Assembly (NCBI GenBank): GCA_024679065.1
Contig: JAGIQG010000004.1
Coordinates: 63,240,001-63,304,000, forward strand
Direction: 5' to 3'
Source of the DNA: Sphyrna mokarran
Taxonomy: Eukaryota
Length of the DNA: 64,000 bases
The notes beneath the pieces were generated by a model. The model was not told the origin of the DNA. It saw only the letters and a program-made list of their open reading frames with translations, and made no database searches. The translations under genes and the position numbers were made by a program. Below, piece by piece: positions 48,261-60,646 of this stretch (its first letter is position 1; the number at the start of each line of letters is the position of its first letter).

Positions 48261-48565
48261 GGCGGCGCGGTAGCACAGTGATAAACACTGCTTCTTCACA
48301 GCTCCAGGGACAGTGACACAGCTCGGGTCACTGTCTGTGTGGAGTTTGCACATTCTCCTGCGTGGGTTTCCTCCCACAATCCATGATGTGCGAGTTAGGC
48401 TGATTGCCCATGCTAAAATTGCCCTTAGCGTCCTAATATGTGTAGGTTAGAGGGATTAATGGGTAAATGTGTGGGGATATGGGGTGGTTCCTGGGTGGGA
48501 TCGTGATCGGTGCGGACTCGATGGGCCGAATGGTTTCTTTCTGTACTGTAGGGATTCTATGATGA
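48261..48565 (+). mobile_element. HE1-like V-SINE
   Basis: GGCGGCGCGGTAGCACAGTG head, V-domain, GGGCCGAATGG..GATTCTATG tail. Confidence 0.9.
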
Positions 48566-48767
48566 CGATCTATGATAAGACTCTGTGGAACTCCAACATA
48601 GACCCTGGAGGCCGGCTGGTCGTTTTCAGTGCTGTAAATTCCATGTAAACCCGAATCAGCAATGTTCAAATTACAAATAGAAATACATTTTAATGCAAAA
48701 TTGACCCATTGGCCGTGTGGTATTTATTCTCTCTTCAGCAATGTTCTGGTTCGATGTACCGACCTTA

Positions 48768-49186
48768 TAGAACAAAGAACAAAGAACAACACAGCACGGG
48801 AAACAGGCCCTTCGGCCCAACGAGCCCGCGCCGCCATCCTAACGTCTTAATGACATATAGAGAACAATATAGGACAATTTGTTACCCAATCAGCCTAAGA
48901 GCACATTTTTGGGATGTGGGAGGAAACCGGAGCACCCGGAGAAAACCCACGCAACCACGGGGAGAACGCGCAAACTCTCGCAGACACAGGCCCAAATCTA
49001 TGTGTCTGCACAGCAACAGCGATAGTCTCTGAGCTGTCATGTTGCCCATCTGATAGTCCAGTTTAAGCATACACTAACGACATGAAGCACGAGGCCTCTC
49101 CTGAAATAACATCCAGGAGCAGCCCTCGCACGACCTGCTGAATGCATGCACCTTGTTGGTCAACAAGGTGGACCGAACAGCCTGTG
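48768..49186 (-). mobile_element. V-SINE with non-tRNA structured head and (GTTCTTT)n tail
   Basis: Same family as 51607-52063 and 60187-60629. Confidence 0.85.
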
Positions 49187-49199
49187 GAAACAATTAAAG

Positions 49200-49810
49200 T
49201 ATTTAAACAGTCCTCCTATATCCCTCTATCTGCAGACCGCTCATGTGGCTGTCCAGGAGACCCTTAAACACCCCTAGCGTGCCTGCTCCCACCACCTTAC
49301 TCGGTAGTGCATTCCACACCCCCACTACCCTTTGTGTGCAAAAATGCCCTCTAATATTAGTCTTATACATAGCCCCCTTCACCCTAAGGCCGTGACCCCT
49401 CGTTCTATCAGAATCTAATGGTGGAAAAAGCTTACCACCATTTACTCTATCTATACCCCTCATAATCTTATAATTATCTCATAATCCTCTAATAGATCCC
49501 CTCTCAGCCGACGTCTTTCAAGGGAAAACAACCCCAGTGCGTTCAACCTTTCCTTGTAAGACAGCCCTTCCATACCAGGCAGCATCCTGGTAAATCTCCT
49601 CTGCACTCTCTCCAGGGACTCCACATCCTTCTGGTATACGGCGACCAGAACTAGACGCAGTACTCCAAGTGAGGCCTAACCAACGTTCTATACACTTGCA
49701 ACATCAAACTCCTACTCTTGTATTCTATACCCCTTCCTATGAAGGCTAACATACCATACGCTTTCTTTATCACTTTTTCCACCTGTACTGACACCTTCAG
49801 AGACTTGTAT
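49200..49810 (-). mobile_element. CR1 fragment (different subfamily)
   Basis: ORFs 49203-49463 and 49651-49833. Confidence 0.9.
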
Positions 49811-51409
49811 GTTTCATTCTTAAATATTGACATAATTCAGCTACTGATTTTAGTTAGTATTTTCCATGTTATCATATCTAATATATCTAATTAAAATCAT
49901 TTTTCCTGCTTCTTCACTCGTAATCCGATCTATCTGTTCCAAACCATTCAATCAATGGGCACAATATGGAGTAATCTTAGCTTTTAAACATTGAGAAAAA
50001 TTTACAATGTTTGCTCAATCTTACAGCTCCACTTTCCATATATTTAGAAACCGAAACCGATCGTGGTGTAGAACTGGCAGCTAATCCTTTTCACGCTATC
50101 GCCACAATTTACACGATTGACACTGTCCCATCCTTCCTTATATTAAACACGAACAACACACCAAAAAACTCGCACTCTGACGAAAGTAGCACAATTTTCA
50201 CGAGCTGATGTCGAGGCGAGTTTATTAAGTTAATTGGACGGTTGTGATGCGTTATCCTGTCACAAAGCAACAAACGTATCCAACTCAACTTAGACATCTG
50301 CTAGCAGAGGGTAATATGAACATACGGGAGGTAAATAGGGTGAGAGGAGACTCTGTAGAACTCCAACATAGACCATTGAGGCCGGCTGATCATTTTCAGT
50401 GCTCTAGATTTCATATAAACTCGAATCGGCATTGTCATTACCATTCCTGCGGTACTGGATTCCGCTGTTTGTCTATCGAAGATAAACCGAGAATATCTGG
50501 CTAACAGATGATAATGATCGTCACTATTAAACTTTAGGCTAAATCTACCAATATTGCCCGATAATTATCCACGGATTAAATCCTCGCATGAAAATTATTA
50601 AACGTCTTTTATTTGGGAAGCCATAACTCTGCGCGTCCAATAGGTTTACACCATTGTTCACACATGTAGAGACCGAATCGATTTATTTCATGCACAGATC
50701 TTATTCCGATGGTTTTGCCTTCGCTGAAGCGTCTAGAAAATTATTTTCCTTACAGCTGTTCTCAAGTTATTCTCCACGTACGTCCTTTGCTTCTTGATAA
50801 AGGCAAGAGTAATAAGCGCTGTACAGAATCTGAGTCATTTCAAGTTTTATGATTTATTCAGCATAGATTGAAAAGATTCGGCATCTTAAACTCCTTTCTT
50901 TTACACCTTATGGTTAACCTTGGTATTTTACTTTTTTCCCTCTTGTACTATTTCTTCTTTAGTGTGGAAAATAAATCTAGTATTTTAAATGTGATCCCCA
51001 AATTCAGTTTTAAGTTTTCACATGACTTCTGGTATTCGAGGTTTTAGGTGCGAGAATTCTACTAGGTGAATAAGAGACTGGACAAAACATAATTGTTATA
51101 CCACTCTTTAGGATAGCGACAAAATTTCGCATTTATTTGTATTAAAATTTTAAACGATCTAATCGCTTTGAAAATCTAGTTAATGTTGACTAGTCTGGTA
51201 GTATTGGCGCGTGTTTATCACTACATTTCAGTGTGTTTGAAGGAGGTAATGCAATTGGGATTCAGAGCTTTTCAATTAATGTTTCAGTTAACTGGCCTGA
51301 AAATCTGCCGGTTTTCCTGTTGGCTGAATATCTCTCAGGGTTTGTCAACTCATTGAGCTAATAGCAAAACTAAATTCCTATTCTGTATTCCTGATCCTGC
51401 AGAGATACC

Positions 51410-51608
51410 GTAGGAAGTCTCACAACACCACGCTAAAGTCCACAGGTTTATTTAGTAATAAAAACCACTAGCTCTCGGATCGCTTGCTGCTCCTTCTTCA
51501 GCTGAAGTGACTCACCTGACGAAAGAGCAGCTAGCCCTCCGAAAGCTCGTGGTTTTTGCTATCAAATAAACCTGCTGGACTTTAACCTGGTGTTGTGAAA
51601 CTTCCTAC
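51410..51608. mobile_element. ~200-bp palindromic Penelope-derived element with degenerate hammerhead motifs in both arms
   Basis: GTAGGAAGTCTCACAACACC..AAAGTCC..GTTTATTT / AAATAAAC..GGACTTT..GGTGTTGTGAAACTTCCTAC; CAC-CTGACGA..GAAA-GCTC-GTG at 51513-51551. Confidence 0.8.
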
Positions 51609-52063
51609 AAGTGCTTTGGTCCACATTGTTGTCTAACGAGGGGCATACACGCGATGGGTCGTGAGAGGGCTGCTCTTGGATCTTTTTCAAGAGTATCCTA
51701 CTGCTTCACGTTGTTAGTGTACGCTTGACCTGGGCCATTTGATGGGCAACACGACCGCTCAGTGACTATCGCTGTACTGTGCAGATACATGGATTTGGGC
51801 CTGTGTCTGTGGGAGTTTGCACATTCTCCCCGTGCTTGCGTGGGTTTTTCTCCGTGTGCTCCGGTTTCCTCCCACATCCCAAAGATGCACTCTTAGGCTA
51901 ATTGGCAAAACAAATTCTCCCTAAATTGTCTCAAATTTGATTTTTAATCCATAGATCTATAAACATAGACAGGGATCGCGGGTAGAGATGGGAACATCGA
52001 GGAGGCGGCGAGGGCTCGTTGGGCCGAAAGGCCTGTTTCCCGTGCTGTTTTGTTCTTTGTTCT
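51607..52063 (+). mobile_element. V-SINE with non-tRNA structured head, inserted into the Penelope-derived repeat
   Basis: Head GGTCCACATTGTTGTCTAAC.., V-domain GGAGTTTGCACATTCTCCCCG, tail GGGCCGAAAGGCC..GTTCTTTGTTCT; host repeat resumes at ~52067. Confidence 0.88.
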
Positions 52064-54513
52064 AACTGTGTTTTACCGCGGTCCAACGCGGGCATCTCCA
52101 TATCCAGCAGAGACACGTAGATGCCAAATCGCCTCCTTATGTAGTGGCATTGACCAATTCCCGAAAGAACTCAACAATTAACATTAAAAGAAAGCACCAT
52201 TCCCATCGTGAAACGGAATAAGGAGACAGAGATTTCGCACCGTGAACAAAACACCATCGCATTCAACGACTATAATAAACTTATGTTAATAATGGACCAG
52301 TTATCGTGATGCAGAGCCAGTTTCAGAATTCATAGAATCATTACATGCAAAAGGAGACTTTTCCGATCGTCGAGAGTTCACCGACTGTCCGAGAGAGGAT
52401 CTTACTCAAGCCCATCCTGGTCCCCTCTTGTCCGCCTTCGTCTCCCTCCCTCCTCATCCCAGCCCGCCCTAACCCACCCCACAACCCTGTTAGCACATTT
52501 ACCATACCTAATTACCCTCACCGATATATATTTGCACAGGTTTTATTAGGTTGGGTATCCAGGACTCCGATATGTTACTGTAGTTCCAGGCCTTTTCACT
52601 GTTATGCATTAGTAATTCCCTTAGCAGAATGTATATTTCAATATTACCCACTCTTAATACAAATCTCACATGTTGCACAGTTTACCCATACTGTGGCCGG
52701 TTATAACGTAAGTAAAAGCTATTGCATTTTGTGTATTCAATCATCCCTCCGTATTTGTTATATCGCAAAGGAATTAATAGTTAATGTTCAAAAGTCTTGA
52801 AGCATTGCACCTGTTTCTCCTGCTGTAATAATGTGCCAAAATGCTCTACAGCGGATAGTCTAACTATTATTCCCACACTAAAAATGGCAAGAATAAATCT
52901 AGTCGAACGCTGGGAGAATTGGGTGTATTTTATCACTTAACATATTTCGCCTTTTGGAGATTTTCGCCATGAGTTTCAGTGATTATACAATGGAATATCA
53001 CAATGATCCTTCCTAATTATTGCAGAGCGAGATCAAGATACCTCTTGTTAAATTGTTACAATTGTTAAATAAAGATAGCCGTTAAATTATTATGTCAATG
53101 CTCAAGGATGAATGGTTTACATCTATTAGCTTGAATAATATAATGGTTTATACATCTCAATGATCTAATTGTCAAACTTTGGTTACCATCTTCCAGTTCC
53201 CTCAATTGGAATATTCATTAGATCAACCGCGCAATTAAATATTTCCCAAACTACGGATTAAAAACACAAGCTCTGATTGTCATCGTCTCCATATTTTTAA
53301 AATTGGCACTATCCTCCTCTCCGCTATTTTTTTTCCATTACTGAATGCCGGTGTCTGCCGACAATAGTCCAAAATCATTTGTCAGAGAAGAACATGCCAG
53401 CTCATTCGGTCATTGTTAACAATTAGATTTCCCTCGCTACGATCTGCCGAGCGGATGTACAGCTCACAAAGAGGAAAGGACACTGATAACTACTGTGCAA
53501 ATATAGTTACAACTGCATTAATCTCATTAATATATCATTCCTAATTTATTTTGTGTTCAACTCCAAACTCTACTCCTTAAAATTTTTGACACTTGGTTCC
53601 CAAGACATTAGATAACTGAGTCTTGCAGTTCGGAGTGGCTAAGCTGTAATGAATCTCGTTATGAGCTGAGCCAGTGGGCTACAGAAACCTCAAAAGAAAT
53701 GCTATCCCTTTAATTGATCTTCAAACAATGCGAACAGGAGTAGACAATTGCTTGAGTCACAAGAAGTAGACCATTTGACCATAGCTTGCTTAGTCATTCA
53801 ATACTGAAATTATTTGTAGAGTGCTCTGCCTGGAATTGTGATGGACGCAGATTCACTGGTGGTTTTCAAAATATTTTATTGGATAACAAGCTAAAAACGA
53901 AAATCCATTGCGGAGAAAATACATGAGAGTATCACTTTCACGTGTCTTAAGTCAATGAAGTAGTTTTTGAACTTCTAAGTGAATAACTCCTGAAAAAAGC
54001 GAGCATGGACATGACGGGCAGAACAGCCTCCTGCCGTGCTGCAAACATTGTATCATTCTAAATATTATTTCAGCAGAAATAGGCTGGGGGCGAGCGGAAA
54101 GGTGATGGATTGTTGGCGATGCGACTGGGTAATAATAGAAGGCCAACCTAATGGTCTGGGTACACGGGTTCAAATGCCACCACAGAATAGAATTAAAATT
54201 CAAGGAATAAATCTGGATTAAAACAACTAATCACAGTAATAGTAACCATGAGTCCATTGTCCTAAAACCCCGTCTGATTCACTAACATGAATGAAATCTA
54301 CAGTACTTACCTGTTCTGATTTACATATGACTCCAAACCCACGCTAATAGGGTGGATACTTGCCCTCTGGTATGGTGTAATAATGGGTCGAGCAACTATG
54401 CAGCGACGCCCACATCGCACGAAAGAATACATTTTAGTTCAGTATCCTTTGTTTTGTTCCAGAATATGTGGCTTACTAAAAAGCACTAAAATAGGACAAG
54501 TTGATTAAAGTGC

Positions 54514-54601
54514 TTCTGATCTTCCAGGCAGTAATCTTCTAAAATTAAACAATAAAAATTAAACAATTAATTCTCGAAGATTACTGTCTGGAAGATCAGA
54601 A
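54514..54601. repeat. Inverted repeat / hairpin, ~35-bp arms
   Basis: TTCTGATCTTCCAGGCAGTAATCTTCTAAAATTAA ... TTAATTCTCGAAGATTACTGTCTGGAAGATCAGAA. Confidence 0.9.
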
Positions 54602-56249
54602 ACGCCTTATATTTATTTATACATTTCATTTAAATCTTGTAGGTCCTGAAATGCTCCTTTCATATGGATTTCTGCATCTCTAGGGAACTAGGCTCATCAT
54701 TAGGGAACGAGTTTGCTTAAATGAAAATAAATGTCCGTATTTATTACCTGAACGGGGGGAAAACAAAATCAAAAAGAGCGCCAAGACTTTCAATTATATA
54801 TACAGAAATATAGCTGATTGTGAATGAACAGTTCAAAGTCTAGGGTCCAATATGAATTGAATAATTCACCCACGGATTTATAATATTAAAGTCACGAAGA
54901 CTATTTTATTTTGGAAATTACAGCAAATATTTTTTCAATTATGATTTTAGTTACGACAGCAGTAGCGGTGCATTAAGATTATTCAAGTGTTGGAAAAATG
55001 GAAAGGAATTTTCCAACGCTCCGACCCATGGGCGGATTTGGTCAGTGAACAGTACCTGCCATTTTCGCTTCTACCAAGGAACTGAATCCAGAGTTAAGGA
55101 AAGTGTCTCTACCATTTCCCAATAGAACTCCTGTTGCGTGTAAGGTCCATCAGGTAGTTAAACAGTTCGCCCTTATTGTCAAACATAGGTTGGACACAAA
55201 GCAAATCCTTAAAATGGGATATCACGATCATCCCCCACCTTGCACTGTACCTATACCAAAGTGTTTCCCCCTCAAACAATGAACTGTTTCAAAGTTTTGA
55301 TCTTCAACAAAAAAGATTTATTCATCGCTGAAACGTCAATAGTCAACCGAATACGTTTCAAATGTATATTTATATGATATCGTATATATTTAACATTATA
55401 ATTAGCCCTATTATATTTTATTGTAATTGTACATTTACAATACAGAAATAGCGACATTGCACAATACGTTACGTGCAAACATGAGGTTTAGGTTTCTCAA
55501 CACTCGTGTAGTAAATCTGATGTAGCCGAATTACAGGACACCTGGGGATTGTGAAACAAAATGTTAACATTAGCTTTGGGAAATGAAAAATAAAGCCTAA
55601 TTCACCTGTTCCACACACCGGCAGTATGTTGTGACATCTTCCCATCACTCTGTGCCCATAAATTAATTGTAACCAAACTAATTAGTTAATCGGTTCCGTG
55701 CAATATGACTTCACGTCCAAAATCGACAGATGGAAAATACAGCTCAGTCTTTTTAGTTGTAAACAGTAAACAGGTTTCAATGAAAATCTCAATGAAACTG
55801 TGAAGCTGAATAGGATTATAATTTTACTATTTCGCAAAGTCCCTTTTGTGGAAGTGGATTTTCCGTCCTTTACACGGTTTATATCTGATACCAATCGCCT
55901 TTTGCCTAAGGTTAAACATATGGTCAAGCATGATTTCAGGTGCAATGCGCGTTTCATAAGCTCGAATTTAGTATGGCTCTTTTTGTAGGGATCATTAATT
56001 GGATACAATTTGAATTCGTATTATTCTTCGGATCCAGCAAGGAGATAGATTAAGAGCTTGCCTTAATCCACTCTGCCATTGGCTTTAAAATCCTGAGAAA
56101 GGAATAACATTTTAAAAATAGCCCCAAATCTGTTGGCCACTGTCACTTATAAAAAGACTGGAAGGTTGACAGAATGACCTTATATTAAACTTTCGTCCTC
56201 AGAAAATATTGAGGACCTCAAAATGTACTACAAAAGTTGGAGAATAATG

Positions 56250-57310
56250 ATTTGATTTATTATTGTCACATGCAGTATTTTACTGTGAAAAGTATTGTTT
56301 CTTGCGCGCTATACAAACGTACCGTTATAGAGAAGGAAATGAGAAAATGCAGAACGTAGTGTTACAGTCAGTACTAAGGTGTAGAGTAGATCAGCTTAAG
56401 GTAAGGTAGTCGTAGAATCTTCAGAGCAGAAGGAAGCCATTTGACCCATCGAGCCTGCACTGACAAGAATTCCATCTAGGTCTTGTCCCGGTAACCCCCC
56501 ATATTTACCTCCCCCCCATCCCCAATCCTCCTGAGATTAAGGGCAATTTATCGTGGCCAATCAACCTACATCTTTGGTCTGTGGGATGAAACCTGAGCAC
56601 CCAGAGGAAACCCATGTAGAAACAGAGGGAATATGCAAACTCTGCACAGTCACCTGAGTCCGGAATTGAACTCAAGTTCCTAGCACTGTGAGGCAGCAGT
56701 ACTAACCACTTTGCCAACATATACAGATACGTCCACTCAAAAATCTGATGGCAGCAGAGAAGAAGCTGTTCTTGAGTCGGTCGGTACGTGACCTCAGACT
56801 TTTGTTTCTTTTCCCCACTGGAAGAAGGCAGAAGAGAGAATTTCCGGAATGCATGCGGTCCTTAATTATGCCCAGGCAGCGGAAAGTATAGACAGAGTTA
56901 ATGGATGGGAGTCTAATCTGCATGATGAATTTGGTTATATTTACAACCTTTCTAGTTTTTTGCAGTCAAAGTTGGGGCCATAACCAAGCTGTAATACAAC
57001 CAGAAAGAAAGCTTTCTATGGTGCATTTATAAAAGTTGATGAGAGTCGTAGCTGACATGCTAAACTTCCTTAGTCTTCTGAGAAAGTAGAGGTATTGGTG
57101 GGGCTTTCTTAACTTTAGTGCCGAAATTGGGAGATGGGGAAGGGTGGCGGGAGGGGGAGGGAAACTAAGACACGGGTTGTTGGTGATCTGGACAAGTAAA
57201 AACTTGAAGCTGTCGACCATTTCTACATCATCCCCGTTGATGTGGACGGAGGCATGTTCTATACTATGTTTCCTGACAATCTCTTTTATTTTGTTAACAT
57301 TGAGGGAAAA
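56250..57310 (-). mobile_element. Rex1/Babar-like LINE 3' part with nested HE1-like SINE (56411-56720, -)
   Basis: VDSFKFL, LYFLRRLRKF..FYKCTIES.LSGCITAW, IIKD..H..SLF.LLP.G.R..SLRSRT.RLKNSFF..AIR. Confidence 0.85.
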
Positions 57311-57888
57311 ATTATTACCAGTTATTTGACGACATTATTATTAGCAGTAAGCAATAGATCATGGATAATGATCCCTTATTTCGAGTTAATTGTACAACTA
57401 ATATGTTGGCGCGAAATTGCGATCGGAAGCCTATGGACCCAATGCTAACGTTCATCGACTCAGACACGATTTTCCGGGTTTGCTCACATTGCTGTGTGCA
57501 GCAAATGAGAACAGTAACTGCACTGGTATCGAGTTAGACAAAATTGCAACATAGACTGAAATGTATTCGCCCCGAAATCTCAGTTGCCCATATTTCGGAA
57601 AGGATATCCAATTGCTTCCACCGATTGTTTAAATTCCCCATTTTCTTGAAAATGTCTCTTTTTCGAAAATATGAAAAACATTATTTAATCGGCACAATTG
57701 GTATCGTTATATCGGGTGGGAACAAATAATTTTCGAGCTCTTCATAACACAACGCACTTGCAAATATTTCCAATTATCCCGTATGGTGCTTTGCGACCAT
57801 ACCAATATAACGATCATAATTAACTGATTGGATACACAAAGTAATTAAAAATACAGATACACGTTGAAGTGCTATCGGGAAATGTTTC

Positions 57889-57995
57889 TATAAACATGGA
57901 CAGGGATCGATGGGAACATCGGGGTGGCGGCGTGGGCTCGTTGGGCCGAAGGGCCTGTTTCCCGTGCTGTTTTTGTTCTTTGTTATGTTCTTTGT
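57889..57995 (+). mobile_element. 3' fragment of the non-tRNA-head V-SINE family
   Basis: TATAAACATGGACAGGGATCG..GGGCCGAAGGGCCTGTTTCCCGTGCTG..GTTCTTTG. Confidence 0.8.
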
Positions 57996-59799
57996 TTTAT
58001 TCAGCAGGTGGAATTTCTCTTCAAGATTGTGACAATGAGTAAAAGGAACACGCTTCATAAAGATGTCATGAGGAGATTGGGGACTAAGTTGCTAGCAGTG
58101 CTTTCGGATTCATCTGACTTTTGTTACCTCTCCATATAAACGATTACGTAAGTTCTTTCACCAAATAATTTCAAACAAGATAGCCTAATATGTGACTCAT
58201 TGTGCTGAACAATAATGATCTCTGTATATCCCTGTGGATCAAAGTTCATAATTCACAATTTCGTTGGTGAAGTTCCCAAGTTCCTTGCATCCCATTTGTG
58301 AAATGTGTATAGCTTTTTACTGAATCTCGAGGGTGTATGCGTTTTATGAACTTATGGTTCGGTAATAAATTGTGATGCATGGAAAGGAAAAATTCAATGA
58401 CTTGATGGATCTTACGAACCTTGAGAACAATTGAAGCTAGAGATGGCACAAGCGGAAATGCCCTTTAAAATGTACTCATGACAGACTCAAGCAGAAATAT
58501 TTTTGACCGCTGTTAGATAACGGTTATCGAGCGCTTTCTTAGCTGCTCGTTTGTATTGTTGAATGCGAATTAATCGGACCTTTCACAAAAACTGTTCAGA
58601 GGTTTGTGATGCTGTGAAAATTGTTGGCTTAAATTTGGCGAGGTTGAAACAAAATCAACAGCTGAATCATTCTAACTAAATGCAAACTGAGTGTCAATGA
58701 GCAGGATATTGCGAAGCAAGTGCCATTTGATAACACTGTTGGTGGCCCTTTTCATCACTTTATTGATGATCAAGAACAGACAAATGGGCCGGTGTTAGGT
58801 TTGCTTTTTTTTCTGCACAGGATATATATCTGGGTAATTTTCCATACTGTCGGGTAAATGTCAATGTTGTGGCTTTACAGGAACAGCTTGGATCCGGACG
58901 CAGCAAATTCTGGAGAACAAGCCCTCGTTACTATTGACGGGGTCCAAAGCTTTTGCAATATCCAGTGCCTCCAGTCGTTTCTTGATATCAGATTAATGGG
59001 TTATCCCACAACACTTCTGACTGAAGATTGGTGCAAATACCTCAGACTTAGCACAGCGCTGCTGTGTTGAGCTCCTCTATTATTGAGAATAGTGAAATTT
59101 GTAGAGCCTTCATTTCAGTGAGTTGTTTAATTGCCACCAACTTTCATGGCTGGATGTAGCCGGACTACAGAGTTTAGATCGGACCACTGAGTTGTGGAAT
59201 TGCTCAGCTCTATTATTGCTTACGCTGTTTGTCACGCAGCTGGACTTAAGTTGTACTTTCACCAAGTTGGAACGTCACTGCGGAACTGCCTTTTTTTGTG
59301 TGTGGCGGAGGGACATTCAAGAACCCACATGTATTAGGTTTAATTGGACAAATAAACAACAATCAGAGTCTGGATAGATTGGAAACAGTGGGTGGACCTT
59401 CCTCCCTAAGATAACCCTGAACCAAACCTGGAAATCCACCCACAGATTGTATCACCACTCCAAACCTTTCACAAAGCCTTTAGAAATTTTCCCCAGCAAT
59501 ATTTTAAGCCCAGATGCTAACAGTTGGGAGAGGGAATGTGAACAGACATAATCGGAACAGAATCATTTGGAGCAGATTGATCTTAAAATGTCATCTTACT
59601 CATCGCTTTTCTGTTCCCTTAGTGGCAATGCGACCCCCGCCACACACACCGTCCCCCAGCCGCCTACCAGTCCCGATCATTCCTTTCCGTCTCTCTCCAA
59701 TTCTTCTGCCTCACTGACTAATCAATGACTCTCTTCAATGGGCGAGCCAGTGACATCCATGGAGATAAAGGCCAGTCAGTGGGGGTTTCAATGTAAAAT

Positions 59800-60185
59800 G
59801 ATGGTCCTGTTGAAAAAGTTGAATCGCATTAAAGTTTACGTGGTTTATCGGACGAAAAATTTAAACACACGACACAGCACCTCACCATGTTGCAAGTCAG
59901 ACTGGATAGTCTACAAACAAATATTTCTAAATGATCAGAACAGCTGTCCACTGGTCGATTAACAGCCATTTCATAAAATAGATAAATTATACTTTAACCG
60001 TAGACAAGTGGAGAAACATAGTCACAGGCAGGCAGGACGCAATAAGACTGTTCGAAGAAACAAATGAACAATAGACCCAGACCAACTGGAATGTGCAATA
60101 CTTCGTAAATAATCCGCAATGCCTAGATGCACTGACTCACATTCTAATGTCAGGTTCAGACATCACATTTCACGGTACAGCCAAC
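59800..60185 (+). pseudogene. Decayed 5' fragment (promoter/leader/V start) of a third family member
   Basis: 60147-60184 matches gene B V 39194-39231 at 30/38 nt (MSGSDITFHGTAN vs MAGSDITLYCTAN); ATGTTGCAAGTCAG at 59887 resembles leader ATGTTTGAAAGTCAG; GGTTTATCGGACGAAAAATTT resembles upstream GGGTTATCGACGAAATTTTT; ends at a SINE. Confidence 0.6.
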
Positions 60186-60186
60186 T

Positions 60187-60629
60187 TAAAGAACAACAAA
60201 CAAATCAGCATGGGAAATAGACCCTTCGGCCCAACGATCCCGCGCCACCACCCCGATGTTCCCACCTCTACCCGTGATCCCTGTCTATGTTTATAGAGCT
60301 ATGGATTAAAAACCAAATTTGTGACAATTTAGGGAGAATTTGTTTTGCCAATTAGCCTCAGAACACATCTTTGGGATGTGAGAGGAAACCGGAGGTCCTG
60401 GAGAAAACCCACGCATGCACGGGGAGAATGCGCAAACTCCCACGGGGCCAAATCCATGTATCTGCACAGCACAGCAATAGTCACTGAGCTGTCATGTTGC
60501 CCATCAAATGGTCCAGGTCAAGGGTACACTAACTAGGATATTCTCGAAAAAAATCCAAGAGCACCTCTCTCAGGACCCATCACGTGTATGCCCCTTGTTA
60601 GACAACAAGGTGGACCAAAGCACCTGTAG
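60187..60629 (-). mobile_element. V-SINE with non-tRNA structured head
   Basis: Reverse complement closely matches 51607-52063. Confidence 0.88.
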
Positions 60630-60646
60630 GATAAAAACAAGTACAT

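Noticed and set aside
48990-49060. HDV-like ribozyme in the SINE head (GGGCAACA followed by a stem)
   Set aside because: P1, P3/L3 and a C-R-A J4/2 with P2 pairing could not be identified; only a short motif matches.
47333-59800. Gene B TM/ITIM exons homologous to gene A
   Set aside because: No match to the [10 protein letters not shown] or LTYAAL/TEYAQL exons was found by eye; only the weak candidate at 50027 remains.
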